In this document: positions 24,404 to 35,965 of the stretch, piece after piece
Position numbering within the stretch: position 1 is the stretch's first letter
How the letters are laid out: the number at the start of each line of letters is the position of its first letter
Assembly (NCBI GenBank): GCA_965261735.1
Contig: OZ253470.1
Span: 2,624,001-2,688,000, forward strand
DNA: 64,000 nucleotides
Source: Alphaproteobacteria bacterium
GTDB lineage: Bacteria > Pseudomonadota > Alphaproteobacteria > SHVV01
Reading direction: 5' to 3'
Program-made: the position numbers and the translations under genes
The notes under the pieces: generated by a model
What the model was told of the DNA's origin: nothing
Seen by the model: only the letters and a program-made list of their open reading frames with translations
Databases searched by the model: none

Positions 24404-26411
24404 TCATCTAAGGGATAAATCTGGGGCATCCAACTTCAAGGCAAGTTCCTGCTGCACCGTGCGCGCAACGGGGGCGACCGACCCATGGAGAAACTGCCGC
24501 CAGGACTCGCGCAATGCAGCGGCATCGGTGCCCCCAAAGACAAGGCTTAAAGGGACACCGCACGCGCCCACAACGTCCCGCGCCGTCTGACTATGCACAG
24601 CGGCCAACGTGGCATGGGGCTCGGGGCCAAGCCGGCGTTGCGCCCAATCCTGCCCAGGCGCATCGCGCGCATCTCCGCCCCACGAGCCGGACATCGAATC
24701 GACCACCATTAAGCCCCCCTTGAGGGCCTTCAAGCGGGAGAGCAGAGCGCCTAGTGGATTGATCGGAACGAAAGAGTCCGATTTGAGATTCCGTATTGTG
24801 CGGTGTCATGCGAGTCTGTGCTATGCGCACCGGCATCCATTTTACTGTCACGTCTGGCGACCGTCAGCGATTGCAAGCTATCGTCGCGGACCCGAAGAGC
24901 TCGCAGAAACATGTCTGGCGGGCGCGGATCATCCTGAAGAGCGACGAGGGGCTCGGGAACTCGTCGATCATGGCCGAGACCGGCAAGTCCAAGACCTGTG
25001 TCTGGCGCTGGCAGGAGCGGTTCATGCACGAGGGTGTCAACGGCTTGCTTCGCGACAGGTCCCGTCCGCCTGGCAAAGCGCCGATCCCGCCGGAGCGCGT
25101 CGCCGAGATCGTCCGCCTGACCCAGCAAGCGCCGCCGCATGAGGCGACCCACTGGACGCTGCGCGCGATGGCGAAGGTTGCTGGCGTCGCGGCGTCGACG
25201 GTCCAAGCGATCTGGAAGGCCCATGGCCTCAGCCCGCACCGCTGGCGGCACTTCAAGCTCTCCAATGATCCCGCCTTCGCCGAGAAGCTCACAGATATCG
25301 TCGGCTTGTATGTCGATCCGCCGGCCCATGCCGTGGTGCTGTCGGTTGATGAGAAATCACAGATCCAGGCGCTCGACCGCACCCAACCCGGCTTGCCGAT
25401 GAAGAAGGGCCGCGCCGGTACGATGACCTATGATTACAAACGGCATGGCACGACGACGCTGTTCGCCGCGCTCAACGTGCTGGACGGTACGGTCATCGCA
25501 CAGAACATGCAGCGCCACCGCCATCAGGAGTTCATCCGCTTCCTCAACCGCATCGAGCGCGAGGTGCCGACGGACAAGGCCGTCCACGTCATCCTCGACA
25601 ACTACGCCGCGCACAAGAAGGACAAGGTCCGCGCCTGGCTCGCCCGCCATCCACGCTGGACCTTCCACTTCACGCCAACCTCGTGCTCGTGGCTCAATGC
25701 CGTCGAGGGCTTCTTCGCCAAACTAACGCGGCGCAGGGTCAAATACGGCGTCTTCCAATCCGTCGTCGACCTTCAGGACGCCATCAACCGATTTGTCCGC
25801 GAATACAATGACGCAAACCCAAAACCCTTCATCTGGAAAGCCGACCCCGATCATATCATCGCCGCACGAAACAGAGGGTTCCAAACGTTGGAATCAATCC
25901 ACTAGCTGGGTATCGCAGCGGATAGACTCGCCCAGTTAAGCGGGCCGGGCCCTTGCCAGGGGCGCGCGGGATCGTAGGAGTACACCGCATGAATAACGCC
26001 GGCGCTCGGTAGGTTCCTTGTCCGCGTCCCGGAAGGCCCGGTGTCCTCCACCCGATATACCCAGCTTGACGGATCGGCGGTGGCGCCTGATACAGCCCAA
26101 CCCGACGCCGGGGCCAGCATTAGCTCGCCATCGCCGCCAAGAGAAATCGCCAGCAAGCTTTCGCCTTTGCGGATTAGGTCTCTCCCGATTTGCGAGAGGA
26201 CAAGCGGTGACAGCGCCTCGATAACATCATCCGGCGCATTCTCGACCGCCGCGCTACCAAAGGTTCTCGCCCAAGCACCAGCGGCCGCCTCGACCGCCGC
26301 CGTTGTTGCGGACGGGCTTAACCCGGTAATGGCCAAACTTTCGGCCCCGGCGATTAGGAGATCGGTGTAACTAGCCGCTCGCTTCTCTCGTCTCGACCAA
26401 GGCCAGCGCAT
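24404..26411 (-). pseudogene. Phage portal protein interrupted by IS630 plus a separate frameshift or deletion
   Basis: N part MRWPWSRREKRA...GRDLIRKGE; C part CGVPLSLV...RESWRQF...ELALKL; frames do not join after IS removal. Confidence 0.75.
24754..25902 (+). mobile_element. IS630-family element, copy 1 (transposase about 24823-25905)
   Basis: IR GTGGATTGAT, TA duplication in a CTAG target, DEKSQIQA, DNY and WLNAVE DDE motifs. Confidence 0.95.
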
Positions 26412-26412
26412 C

Positions 26413-26820
26413 TCAGCCCACCACAAGCGCGCGCGGCCGCCGCCAGGGCGCGAGTAGGCCAGCCGCGCCGCTGGACCGCATCACATTGCGAGAAGCACTC
26501 GGCCGCCAGGTCAGCTTAACGACACCGACATCCGTGGGCATAACGTCGGCTGCGGGCGCTTGCCGCATCCAGCCGGCTGCTCTCACGGTCGCCTCGTTCT
26601 TGATAGCGGTTGGCGCGCCGGCCGCGAAACTTTCGACCAAGGCGTTAGCGGCTGAAAGCAATTCCTCGACTTGGGCAATTGGGACATCGCTGGGTATGCG
26701 CAGCCGCGCGCGCAGGTCTTCCGCCGTCAGTCCGCCCACCCCTCCGCCGGACGAGCCACCGGACTGTTGTCTTGGCCCGACAAAGCCGCCGGGTGCTACA
26801 GCCACGGCCGTCGCCTCCAC
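26413..26820 (-). CDS. Putative head-tail connector (gp6-like)
   Basis: LRARLRI...LLSAANALVESF...APTAIKNEA...LLAPWR; lies between protease and portal; start uncertain. Confidence 0.6.
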   Translation of the reverse strand: MEATAVAVAPGGFVGPRQQSGGSSGGGVGGLTAEDLRARLRIPSDVPIAQVEELLSAANALVESFAAGAPTAIKNEATVRAAGWMRQAPAADVMPTDVGVVKLTWRPSASRNVMRSSGAAGLLAPWRRPRALVVG

Positions 26821-27389
26821 ACTGTGTCGGGGGTGTTTTGAGCGCGTAGGTCGACCGCCGTCTCCGGATAGGCCGGGCGCGTCACAAGCGACATTTCGTA
26901 CAGTACGGCTTGCCGTATCACCCGGATTTGCACGCCGGGATTACCGGGCTCCGGGATCAGCGCCTCCGCGTTCGGCACTGCGTTTGCAGGCGGAACGGAA
27001 AAACCCGGACTAATGCCGCCGACAAGGCCGGCGTTCAACGCCATAACGGCATCCCTCATCCAGATCGGCTGCTCCGCTTCCTCGGGCAGGTCGGCCTCAA
27101 ACCGAAGCCCATCGTCCCGGTCCTCCAGCCGTAGCGAGCCTCGTCGCTTGCTCGCCAGCGGCCGGTCAAAGCTGTGCCCGCTTAGAAGGTGAATTTCTCG
27201 GGCTTCATCTTCGACTGAAAACGCAAACGCCCTTTGCAAGAACATCTCCTTGCGCACCCGCCCACGGTCTCTCACCGTTGCTCGACTCCGGTACGGAAAC
27301 CTTCCCGACAGGGTCCGGCCCCCGCCGCGTTGCCGCAGCTCAAGGTCTTCCAGCGGGAAGATTGTCCTAATTTCAAGCTCGTCAGTCAT
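26796..27389 (-). CDS. HK97-type prohead protease
   Basis: HLLSGH, GLRFEA, GISPGF, LYEMSLVTRPAYPET. Confidence 0.9.
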   Translation of the reverse strand: MTDELEIRTIFPLEDLELRQRGGGRTLSGRFPYRSRATVRDRGRVRKEMFLQRAFAFSVEDEAREIHLLSGHSFDRPLASKRRGSLRLEDRDDGLRFEADLPEEAEQPIWMRDAVMALNAGLVGGISPGFSVPPANAVPNAEALIPEPGNPGVQIRVIRQAVLYEMSLVTRPAYPETAVDLRAQNTPDTVWRRRPWL

Positions 27390-27669
27390 CGGCCTCAGTC
27401 ACTGTTATTTGGGTGGCTCGCCCCTGGAGGTTGTAGTGCCTCGCATACCAGGGGTTCGGACCCTGTCTAATGAAGCGCCCGGGGCCACCAGCATCGAGCG
27501 AGTGCCCCCCAACGCTTTCCGGATCAGCACCAAGAGCGATAAGAATGTTGTCACCTGACTTCGACGACGGCCCCAATGACAGCAAATATCCCTGGCCATT
27601 TACAAGCGCGAGCGCTGCCGTAATATCGACGGCACCCGCCGGCGGGATCGAAGTGGACCTGGTGGCCAT
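27382..27669 (-). CDS. Small hypothetical protein (possible capsid decoration)
   Basis: 95 aa; starts 5 bp after the capsid stop and overlaps the protease start. Confidence 0.55.
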   Translation of the reverse strand: MATRSTSIPPAGAVDITAALALVNGQGYLLSLGPSSKSGDNILIALGADPESVGGHSLDAGGPGRFIRQGPNPWYARHYNLQGRATQITVTEADD

Positions 27670-27673
27670 GACG

Positions 27674-28934
27674 CTAGGTGGCGAACTTGATCCGCGAAAA
27701 ATTTGACGCGCGCGCTAAGCCGAAATTCCAGAGATAGGAAAGGGTCAGCGCGACCTCGCCCTTACTGGCCCCGGAGTAGGGATCGCGCAAAATTTCCCCA
27801 GCGGCCCACACGGCCGCGACGCCCGCGCCTTCGAGCCCGCGGCCGAGGCCGATAAAAGCGCCAAAATCGCCGTTCGCGGTGTTTTCCTCGATCTCGCCCC
27901 GGCTCATCCATGACAGCCCGGCCATGCGAAGGAATGCGGCCAGCGTCATGTTGTCGGCGGTCGAATTGATGATGGTGTTTTCCCACAAGCGCCAAGCGCC
28001 AACACTGGCCACCACGCGAAGATCGCCCAGGCCCATGGCATGGATACCGTCAACTTGCCCGGTAAATGCACCGAGCGTTTCAGGCCCCTTCACCTTGTCC
28101 GCCTGTTTGATTGTCGTTTCGGTGATCGCGGCAGATTGCAAGCCGGTTATATCCGCGTCTGTTCCGGTCGCACCCGCGTCGCCAAGGAAGATTGCGCGGT
28201 CGACGCCCTCTACGAGCGCCATCCGCAAATCGCGCGTTAGCGCCGATTCGAGGCCGGGGATACGGGCCGCGTCCTCGATATTGAACACCAGCCGCACCGC
28301 GTTTCGCTTCGGCTTCATTTCGGTAACGCCGATGGTCCAGGCAGCATCGGCGGTGACTTGGCTCTTGGCCCGCTGCGCCGCGCTCGCCCCTGCCGTGGTC
28401 ACGGGGAAGGACGCGATGCCAGCCGGTACACTCTCCATGGTGATCCCGACGCGCTCGGACGCGGTGCCGGCAAAAAGCCTGTCCAGCCAGCGGCGCGGCG
28501 TGGTCGCGGTGTCGGTGGTCGCGCGGGGTTCGAGGGGTGGCGCAAGCATTTCGAGCGGAAAGCGGTTGCCGGCAATGCCGCGCGCCGCGTTGTATTCGGC
28601 CTCGGCGCCATCGGCAGCTCTTTGCTCGATGGCAGCCGTCACGTAGGCCGGATAATTTAACCCGGCCGCGTAGCTCGCGCAGCTCGCGCTCGTCGGCGGT
28701 CTCGGTGGTCATTGTCGTTTCCCGCGTCTCGGCGGCGGCATCGGCCTCGGCCTCTTCCACCTGGCGGGCCGCGCGGATTTTGCGTTCGAGGTCGGGCGTG
28801 CCTTTTTCGAGCGTGTCGAGTTCTGATCGAGTTTCATCGTTAAGCTCGGCGGTGGCCGCGAGTTCGGCCATGCGTTGGCGCTCGCGGCTCTGGTTGGCGA
28901 GCAATTCGCGAAGACGGCGTTGTGCATCGGTCAT
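27674..28934 (-). pseudogene. HK97-fold major capsid protein with a single frameshift near 28648
   Basis: Coiled-coil delta domain (MTDAQRRLREL...ELRGRVKLS) in one frame; capsid body (YVTAAIEQ...LESALTRDL...DRAIFLGD...RDPYSGA) in another; RBS GGGAG. Confidence 0.85.
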
Positions 28935-28958
28935 CCGGGGTCTCCCAAAGGTACACTT

Positions 28959-29218
28959 CCTGCCGGCTATATTACGGTATAGCCGCTTTGTAAGTCCATT
29001 TATTTCATCAATATCAATTCATTCATAAGTTTTTCTTATAAATCACTTCAACTAGAGCGCCACGCCGACCCCCGGCGTGGCCCTGCCGGCTATATTACGG
29101 TATAGCCCCTTTGTGTTCCTATTTATTCCGTCAATATCAAAGATTAAACGAGTAATCCTTATAAATCACTTCAACTAGAGCCCGCCACGCCGCGCGCCCC
29201 GGCGTGGCCCTGCCGGCT
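28959..29218. repeat. Diverged tandem duplication of a ~125-bp unit upstream of the capsid gene
   Basis: CCTGCCGGCT at 28959, 29082 and 29209; identical 26-bp and 24-bp blocks flank a diverged AT-rich core. Confidence 0.9.
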
Positions 29219-29419
29219 GCCTCGCCCTCGCGCCGCGACTTGGATATGTGGCAGCCCCGGCAAAGCACCTGGAGGTTGGCCGGGTCGTAGGCCGCACCGC
29301 CCCGCTCCAGTGGCACGATATGATCGACCTCGTTGCCGTAGTCGCCGCACGCCGCGCACCGCCAGCCGTTTTGGTCGAGGACGCGGCGGCGGACACGCGC
29401 CCAGCGGCGGCTGTTTAAA
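29137..29419 (-). pseudogene. HNH endonuclease, 5' end removed by IS1595
   Basis: Manual translation RWARVRRRVLDQNGWRCAACG..EVDHIVPLERGG..NLQVLCRGCH; no start codon; this frame is not in the ORF track. Confidence 0.88.
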
Positions 29420-30312
29420 CCTTACCTATCCGGTTTACACCCACACCCACTAGGGCTAGAATGGGCGCAACCCGGATATAGGGGAGCGCGCCATGGATGT
29501 TCTCGACCGCGCCGATCTCCCATTCCCGCATTCGCTACCCGAGTTCCAGCGACTTTTCCCCGATGATGCGGCCTGCGCCGCCTACCTGGAGAAAGCCCGC
29601 TGGGGAGACGGCTTTGCCTGCCCGCACTGCGGCACGGCGGGAGAGCCGTTCCACTTTGAAAACCGCCCTGGCGTCCTGCGCTGCCGCAAGTGCCGCCAGA
29701 ACACCGGGCTGACGGTGGGAACAGTGATGGAGCGTAGCCACACTCCGCTGAACGTCTGGTTCTGGGCCGCTTATCTGGTCGCCAGTCAGACGCCCGGCAT
29801 GTCCGCCGTGCAGTTTCAGCGGCAACTTGGTCTTTCGCGCTACGAGACGGCCTTTCAAATTCTCCACAAGCTCCGCTCGGGCATGGTGCGGCCCAACCAA
29901 GACAGGATCGGTGGACAGCCCAAGAACCATGTTGAGGTGGACGAAACCTGGGTTGGCGGGCGAACGCGTGGGGAAGGCCGTGGTGTTCACCACAAGGTTC
30001 CCGTCTCCTGTGCCATCGAGGTGCGTCATCGAAAGCCGGGCACCAAGCTCGACAACCGGAAAGACGGACGCTATGCCGGACGCGTTCGGCTCGCCGTCGT
30101 GCTCGACCGTAGCGCCGAGTCGCTCTGTGGGTTCGTCGAGAGCACCGTCGCGCCGCGATCGCTGATCGTTACTGACGATTGGAGCGGCTATGCTGGCCTC
30201 GGTAAGCGCGGCTATGAGCACTTCGCTGTTGCCGAGTGTGGTGATCCAGAGGTTGCCGAGCAATACCTGCCGATCATCCATCTGGTTTTCGCCAACCTGA
30301 AGACGTGGCTGA
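29420..30312 (+). mobile_element. IS1595-family element B, copy 1, 3'-truncated (transposase from 29493)
   Basis: IRL CCTTACCTATCCGGTTTACAC; matches the other copies until LKTWL, then breaks off. Confidence 0.9.
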
Positions 30313-30505
30313 ACCGCCCGCCGAAGTGTTTAAGCTCAAACAGGGCGTCACAATTGCCGATCCCGCACGCTGGTGGAGAGCCATTGCCGCCGATATTGCC
30401 GTTGGCCCAGAAGGCCCACGAGCACGGTACGGTGCGCTCCAAGACGATCTGTGGCGGGCCTACAGCATATTTGGGCGAAACCCGGTTCCGACGACCACGC
30501 AATGA
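30313..30505 (+). pseudogene. 3' fragment of a phage-type hypothetical gene
   Basis: LKQGVTIADPARWWRAIAADIAVGPEGPRARYGALQDDL. Confidence 0.4.
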
Positions 30506-30684
30506 CCGCCGACTGATAGTGGGAGTCGCTTCCTGATGGCAAGTTCAGCGGTCGCGACGATGGTGAGGAGCCGTACACCTCCGACAGTGCGTACTCCAAT
30601 GACCTGCTTCGTCGGCAGGCTGTGTCCCTCAGGATAGGCGCATCCACGAGGCAGGGAGTCGTTGCGAGAGCTTCCATCATCGCC

Positions 30685-32434
30685 TCAGGCCGCCTCTTTC
30701 CCAACGACGAGAATCTCCTGCTCGACATAAGCGCGGAACGCGGCGACGTCGGTGAAGAAGCGCAAGCCCGCGCGGTTGGCGGCCGCTTCAGTATCCTCTG
30801 GCTCGTCGATCAAGAGGGTGACCGGCGCGCTCAGCCCTTCCTGCAACCCATCCGGCCAGGCGAGGTCGAGCACGCCGAACGGCTCGCCGGTTTCCTGATC
30901 GGTCAGCTCGAACAAGAACTCACCCTCCGGAAGTCCCTGCTGCACGACCCACTGGTTGACCTCGATCAGCAGGTCTTCCTCGCTATCTCCGGCGATGCTG
31001 CCGGGTACCGTCGCGACGTCGCGCTCGACAACGGGCATATCGGCCGGCGCTTCCGGCACGTCGCCCTTGCGCAGAGTGGCGAGGAAATCGTTGGCGGCAG
31101 CGGCGAGTAGCTCGCGCCGCGCGGCGAGGAAGTCGGCATAGCGCTCTATACGCCACAGCTCGGGATCGGTCGGGATCCAGTGCGAAATGAGCAATCCTGG
31201 ATCCCTTTCGGCGTAGGCGGCGAGATAAGCGGCCGGGTCCTTATCTGAGACCTTGAGATTGGTGTCCTTGCTCAGGAAGGTGAAGTTGACGAGTGCGTTA
31301 ACGTCCGAGCGGTCGTAGCTGGCCTTGTAGAGCAGCGCCTTGGGGAAGATGTGATGCAGCTCCAGCCGGCTCATGTTACCGAGGAGGTGGCCTTTGAGCT
31401 CTATCCCGGTCTCCCAGTCGCGCGCCTGCCATACACGGGTCAACATGTAGAGCAGCGGATAGAACCGCGCGCTGCGGCTCCAGCCGAGAAAATCGTCGGG
31501 ATGCAGGCGCAGATCGCGGCGGTCCTGGCGCAGCCGGTCTGTCAACCGGTCGAGCCCGCCGTTAGCGTCCTCGATCAGGTCGAGATCTTGGTTCAGCACC
31601 GTCTCCGTCGAGCCAGCGTACCGTCCCCACAGGAAGCTGTGGATGTACCAGTAGAGCAGCGTATCGCGCTCGGCCGGATCGGCGACCGCACCGCCGCGCT
31701 TCTCCAAATAGCGCGCCATCAGCGGCAGTGCGTAGCGCCCACCGAGCACGCGGTCATGGTCGAGGCCGAGGCGCGAGCCGATCAGGTTGAGCAGGGCGTC
31801 GACATGTTTTGTCGCCGTTCCGAGGCCGGCTCGGAACGGCGGCGTGTCGACGTCGGCGAGCGCGCTAAACATTGCCTCGCCCGTCAGCGTCGTAGTAACG
31901 CAGCGCAGCAGCAGCTCGAGGCGGAAATGGTAGCCAGCCTTGGCCCAGTGCTCGAGGCGGCGGTTCATCTCAGCGCGCGCGTCGGGCCAGCCCGCGCACA
32001 CCTTGGCGAGCGCAAGGTCGCCCTTCGACAGCTTGGTGCCTCCGCTGTTAACGCGGTTGAAGATGTCGATCACGACGTCGATCGTCTTGTCCTCGCCCGT
32101 CACCTCGTCGATGTGGAGGTCGATGTCCTTGATGTTGTCCAGGCGGTTGAGGCGGGTCAGGAACTCGCCGATGCGGTCCCGGTAGGCCGGGTCCGTAACG
32201 AAGCGCTGGACCACGGCGGCGGCGCCCTCTTGCAGCAGCTCGGTGACGTCGATCCAGAGCGGATCGTCGCCCATCTTGAGCGGCTGGTAGAAGGCGAAGG
32301 TCTCCTCGCCGAGGTGAAAGCGGAGGTCGGTAAACGCGCGCGCTGCTGGCCGTCGAGCAGCAGCTTGACCGTGCGTGGCCTTCGAAGAAGGCGGGCGCAT
32401 GGCCGCGCACCAGGCCATAGAGCGAGGTGATGCG
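30685..32434 (-). pseudogene. DUF262 (GmrSD-like) protein, N-terminus lost and scrambled
   Basis: LLDGQQR (out of place and frame), IFNRVNSGGTKLS, LELHHIFPK...N HNH-like C-terminus; no QR-x-x-W start motif. Confidence 0.85.
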
Positions 32435-32589
32435 ATCGCCCGCAACACTCTGAGCCACACGGCGCGGCCATTGATATCGCCCTTATCCAGCAACTCATCG
32501 GCCAACATGGCGGCGTGGATCGGCGCATCCTCGCCGTGCTGGTCGATGAGGAGCTTAGCCGAGCGCCAAACATCGATATTACTGGTCAC
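32435..32589 (-). pseudogene. Small alphaproteobacterial hypothetical gene, truncated and fused to the DUF262 remnant
   Basis: IDVWRSAKLLIDQHGEDAPIHAAMLADELLDKGD...WLRVLRAI. Confidence 0.6.
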
Positions 32590-32890
32590 AGTTGCTCAGC
32601 ACCGTTCGGATCGCGTCAGCCTCGGCCTGGTCCATGGAGAGCTGCCACGCCTTCTTCACTTCGATCCAGGCCACGACGTAGGCACAATGGAACGCTTCGT
32701 TCGGCGGTAGCCATTCCGCGGGGTCTTTGTCGCCTTTCGATTGGTTCGTGCTGTCATCAACGGCATTCAGGTGGCCGGGGTTATCGAGGTCGTTGGCATA
32801 CCGCCGACGCTTGTCGTTGTCCCAGGCGTGGGCGCCGCTCTGGTGAGCTTCCTTGAGCGGGACGGGATGGTCGATATCGACGTCGCCGGG
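32579..32890 (-). pseudogene. C-terminal fragment of a DUF1524-type HNH nuclease
   Basis: DIDHPVPLKEAHQSGA...ANDL...NQSKGDKDPAEWLPP. Confidence 0.8.
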
Positions 32891-33109
32891 CTTCGACCGC
32901 GACCACGCTGATGCCGGGCTTGAGTTTCTGCGCGAGTTCGCAAGAACCGACATGGACCTCGACCTCGTGGTCCGTACGGTGCGTGATGCTGCCGAAGTGA
33001 ATTGGTGGATGTTCGACGACATTCACAAGCGCATCGAAGGCATCCGATAGACTGCGCAAGATACTCCAGGTGGGAGTCTTTCTACACCCCACGCGCAGCT
33101 ATCCGCCCC

Positions 33110-34522
33110 TCCGCTGCCTGAATGCCTCCGCCGTGCCAACCTCCGCGAAGTAGAACCGGGCCAAATGGCTCGGAAGAGAAGGTGGTCGGTGCTCGGTGTG
33201 GCCGTGCTCGGCCCAGTCCCCAGCTTCTAGTGGATTGATTCCAACGTTTGGAACCCTCTGTTTCGTGCGGCGATGATATGATCGGGGTCGGCTTTCCAGA
33301 TGAAGGGTTTTGGGTTTGCGTCATTGTATTCGCGGACAAATCGGTTGATGGCGTCCTGAAGGTCGACGACGGATTGGAAGACGCCGTATTTGAGCCTGCG
33401 CCGCGTTAGTTTGGCGAAGAAGCCCTCGACGGCATTGAGCCACGAGCACGAGGTTGGCGTGAAGTGGAAGGTCCAGCGTGGATGGCGGGCGAGCCAGGCG
33501 CGGACCTTGTCCTTCTTGTGCGCGGCGTAGTTGTCGAGGATGACGTGGACGGCCTTGTCCGTCGGCACCTCGCGCTCGATGCGGTTGAGGAAGCGGATGA
33601 ACTCCTGATGGCGGTGGCGCTGCATGTTCTGTGCGATGACCGTACCGTCCAGCACGTTGAGCGCGGCGAACAGCGTCGTCGTGCCATGCCGTTTGTAATC
33701 ATAGGTCATCGTACCGGCGCGGCCCTTCTTCATCGGCAAGCCGGGTTGGGTGCGGTCGAGCGCCTGGATCTGTGATTTCTCATCAACCGACAGCACCACG
33801 GCATGGGCCGGCGGATCGACATACAAGCCGACGATATCTGTGAGCTTCTCGGCGAAGGCGGGATCATTGGAGAGCTTGAAGTGCCGCCAGCGGTGCGGGC
33901 TGAGGCCATGGGCCTTCCAGATCGCTTGGACCGTCGACGCCGCGACGCCAGCAACCTTCGCCATCGCGCGCAGCGTCCAGTGGGTCGCCTCGTGCGGCGG
34001 CGCTTGCTGGGTCAGGCGGACGATCTCGGCGACGCGCTCCGGCGGGATCGGCGCTTTGCCAGGCGGACGGGACCTGTCGCGAAGCAAGCCGTTGACACCC
34101 TCGTGCATGAACCGCTCCTGCCAGCGCCAGACACAGGTCTTGGACTTGCCGGTCTCGGCCATGATCGACGAGTTCCCGAGCCCCTCGTCGCTCTTCAGGA
34201 TGATCCGCGCCCGCCAGACATGTTTCTGCGAGCTCTTCGGGTCCGCGACGATAGCTTGCAATCGCTGACGGTCGCCAGACGTGACAGTAAAATGGATGCC
34301 GGTGCGCATAGCACAGACTCGCATGACACCGCACAATACGGAATCTCAAATCGGACTCTTTCGTTCCGATCAATCCACTAGCGTCTCACGGCACCAAGTG
34401 AGCATGGCATCAAGGCGACGGCCCAGGCCGTCGGGTGGTACCAGTACATCAACGTGGTGCAGGAGGCGCCTTTCGTCCGCTTCCTTACTCAAAAGGCTCT
34501 TGTATCGGCCTCCCCTGCTCAT
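33110..34522 (-). pseudogene. Small hypothetical gene interrupted by IS630 copy 2
   Basis: After IS removal reads MSRGGRYKSLLSKEADERRLLHHVDVLVPPDGLGRRLDAMLTWCRETL|EAGDWAEHGH...ARFYF in frame; 3' end approximate. Confidence 0.55.
33230..34378 (-). mobile_element. IS630-family element, copy 2
   Basis: Near-identical to copy 1; CTAG target. Confidence 0.95.
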
Positions 34523-34634
34523 GGGAACAATTTAGGAACATAGAGGGCCCCTGGGAAGGCCATAGAAGGGTCTAGAATTACAATCTTGGGGTGGCGTGGT
34601 GCCCTCTTTGCCGTACTCGACATGCGCGACGAGT

Positions 34635-34820
34635 GTCGTGGTACGACATCTCCGGCAGCGCGCATTGGGTGAACAAGGCCGACATCGGGGTTGTCGTGCA
34701 TCGCAACCCGAGCGTGATGCCGCCAAAGACGGAAATCCACGTGCGCAAGGTCCGGTTCAAGTCGGGCGGCCAATCGGTTCCGTGACGCTGCGGTACGACC
34801 GCTTGACGGCGAGTTCGTGC
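34635..34820 (+). pseudogene. C-terminal remnant of a Twinkle/T7 gp4-like SF4 helicase
   Basis: YDISGSAHWVNKADIGVVVHR...EIHVRKVRFK, frameshift, IGSVTLRYD. Confidence 0.75.
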
Positions 34821-34879
34821 CGCCTTGGGACTGGCGCCGAGGGGACCGCCTCTCGCTGCCGGCCCGGCTCAAGAACTGA

Positions 34880-35965
<1,086 letters not shown>

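Larger units (their letters stand above)
17565..29419 (-). mobile_element. Defective tail-less capsid-encoding phage satellite (cf-PICI-like) integrated at tRNA-Ile2
   Basis: int, xis, origin-like repeats, terL, portal, connector, protease, capsid and HNH all on one strand; no tail or lysis genes; right end cut by IS1595; no attR seen. Confidence 0.75.

Noticed and set aside
28630-28670. Programmed frameshift in the capsid gene
   Set aside because: No recognisable slippery site (AAA TTA TCC GGC CTA C) and neighbouring genes are also dead; mutation or sequencing error is simpler.
28959-29218. CRISPR-like array
   Set aside because: Only two ~125-bp units, the variable parts are homologous to each other, and there are no cas genes.
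17597-29419. Gene transfer agent (RcGTA-like) cluster
   Set aside because: It has an integrase at a tRNA, a different gene order and no tail genes.
30685-33022. Functional GmrSD system or a novel 634-aa fusion protein
   Set aside because: DUF262 lacks its N-terminus and DGQQR is out of frame; the long ORF is a chance fusion across deletion junctions; the DUF1524 piece is a separate stump.
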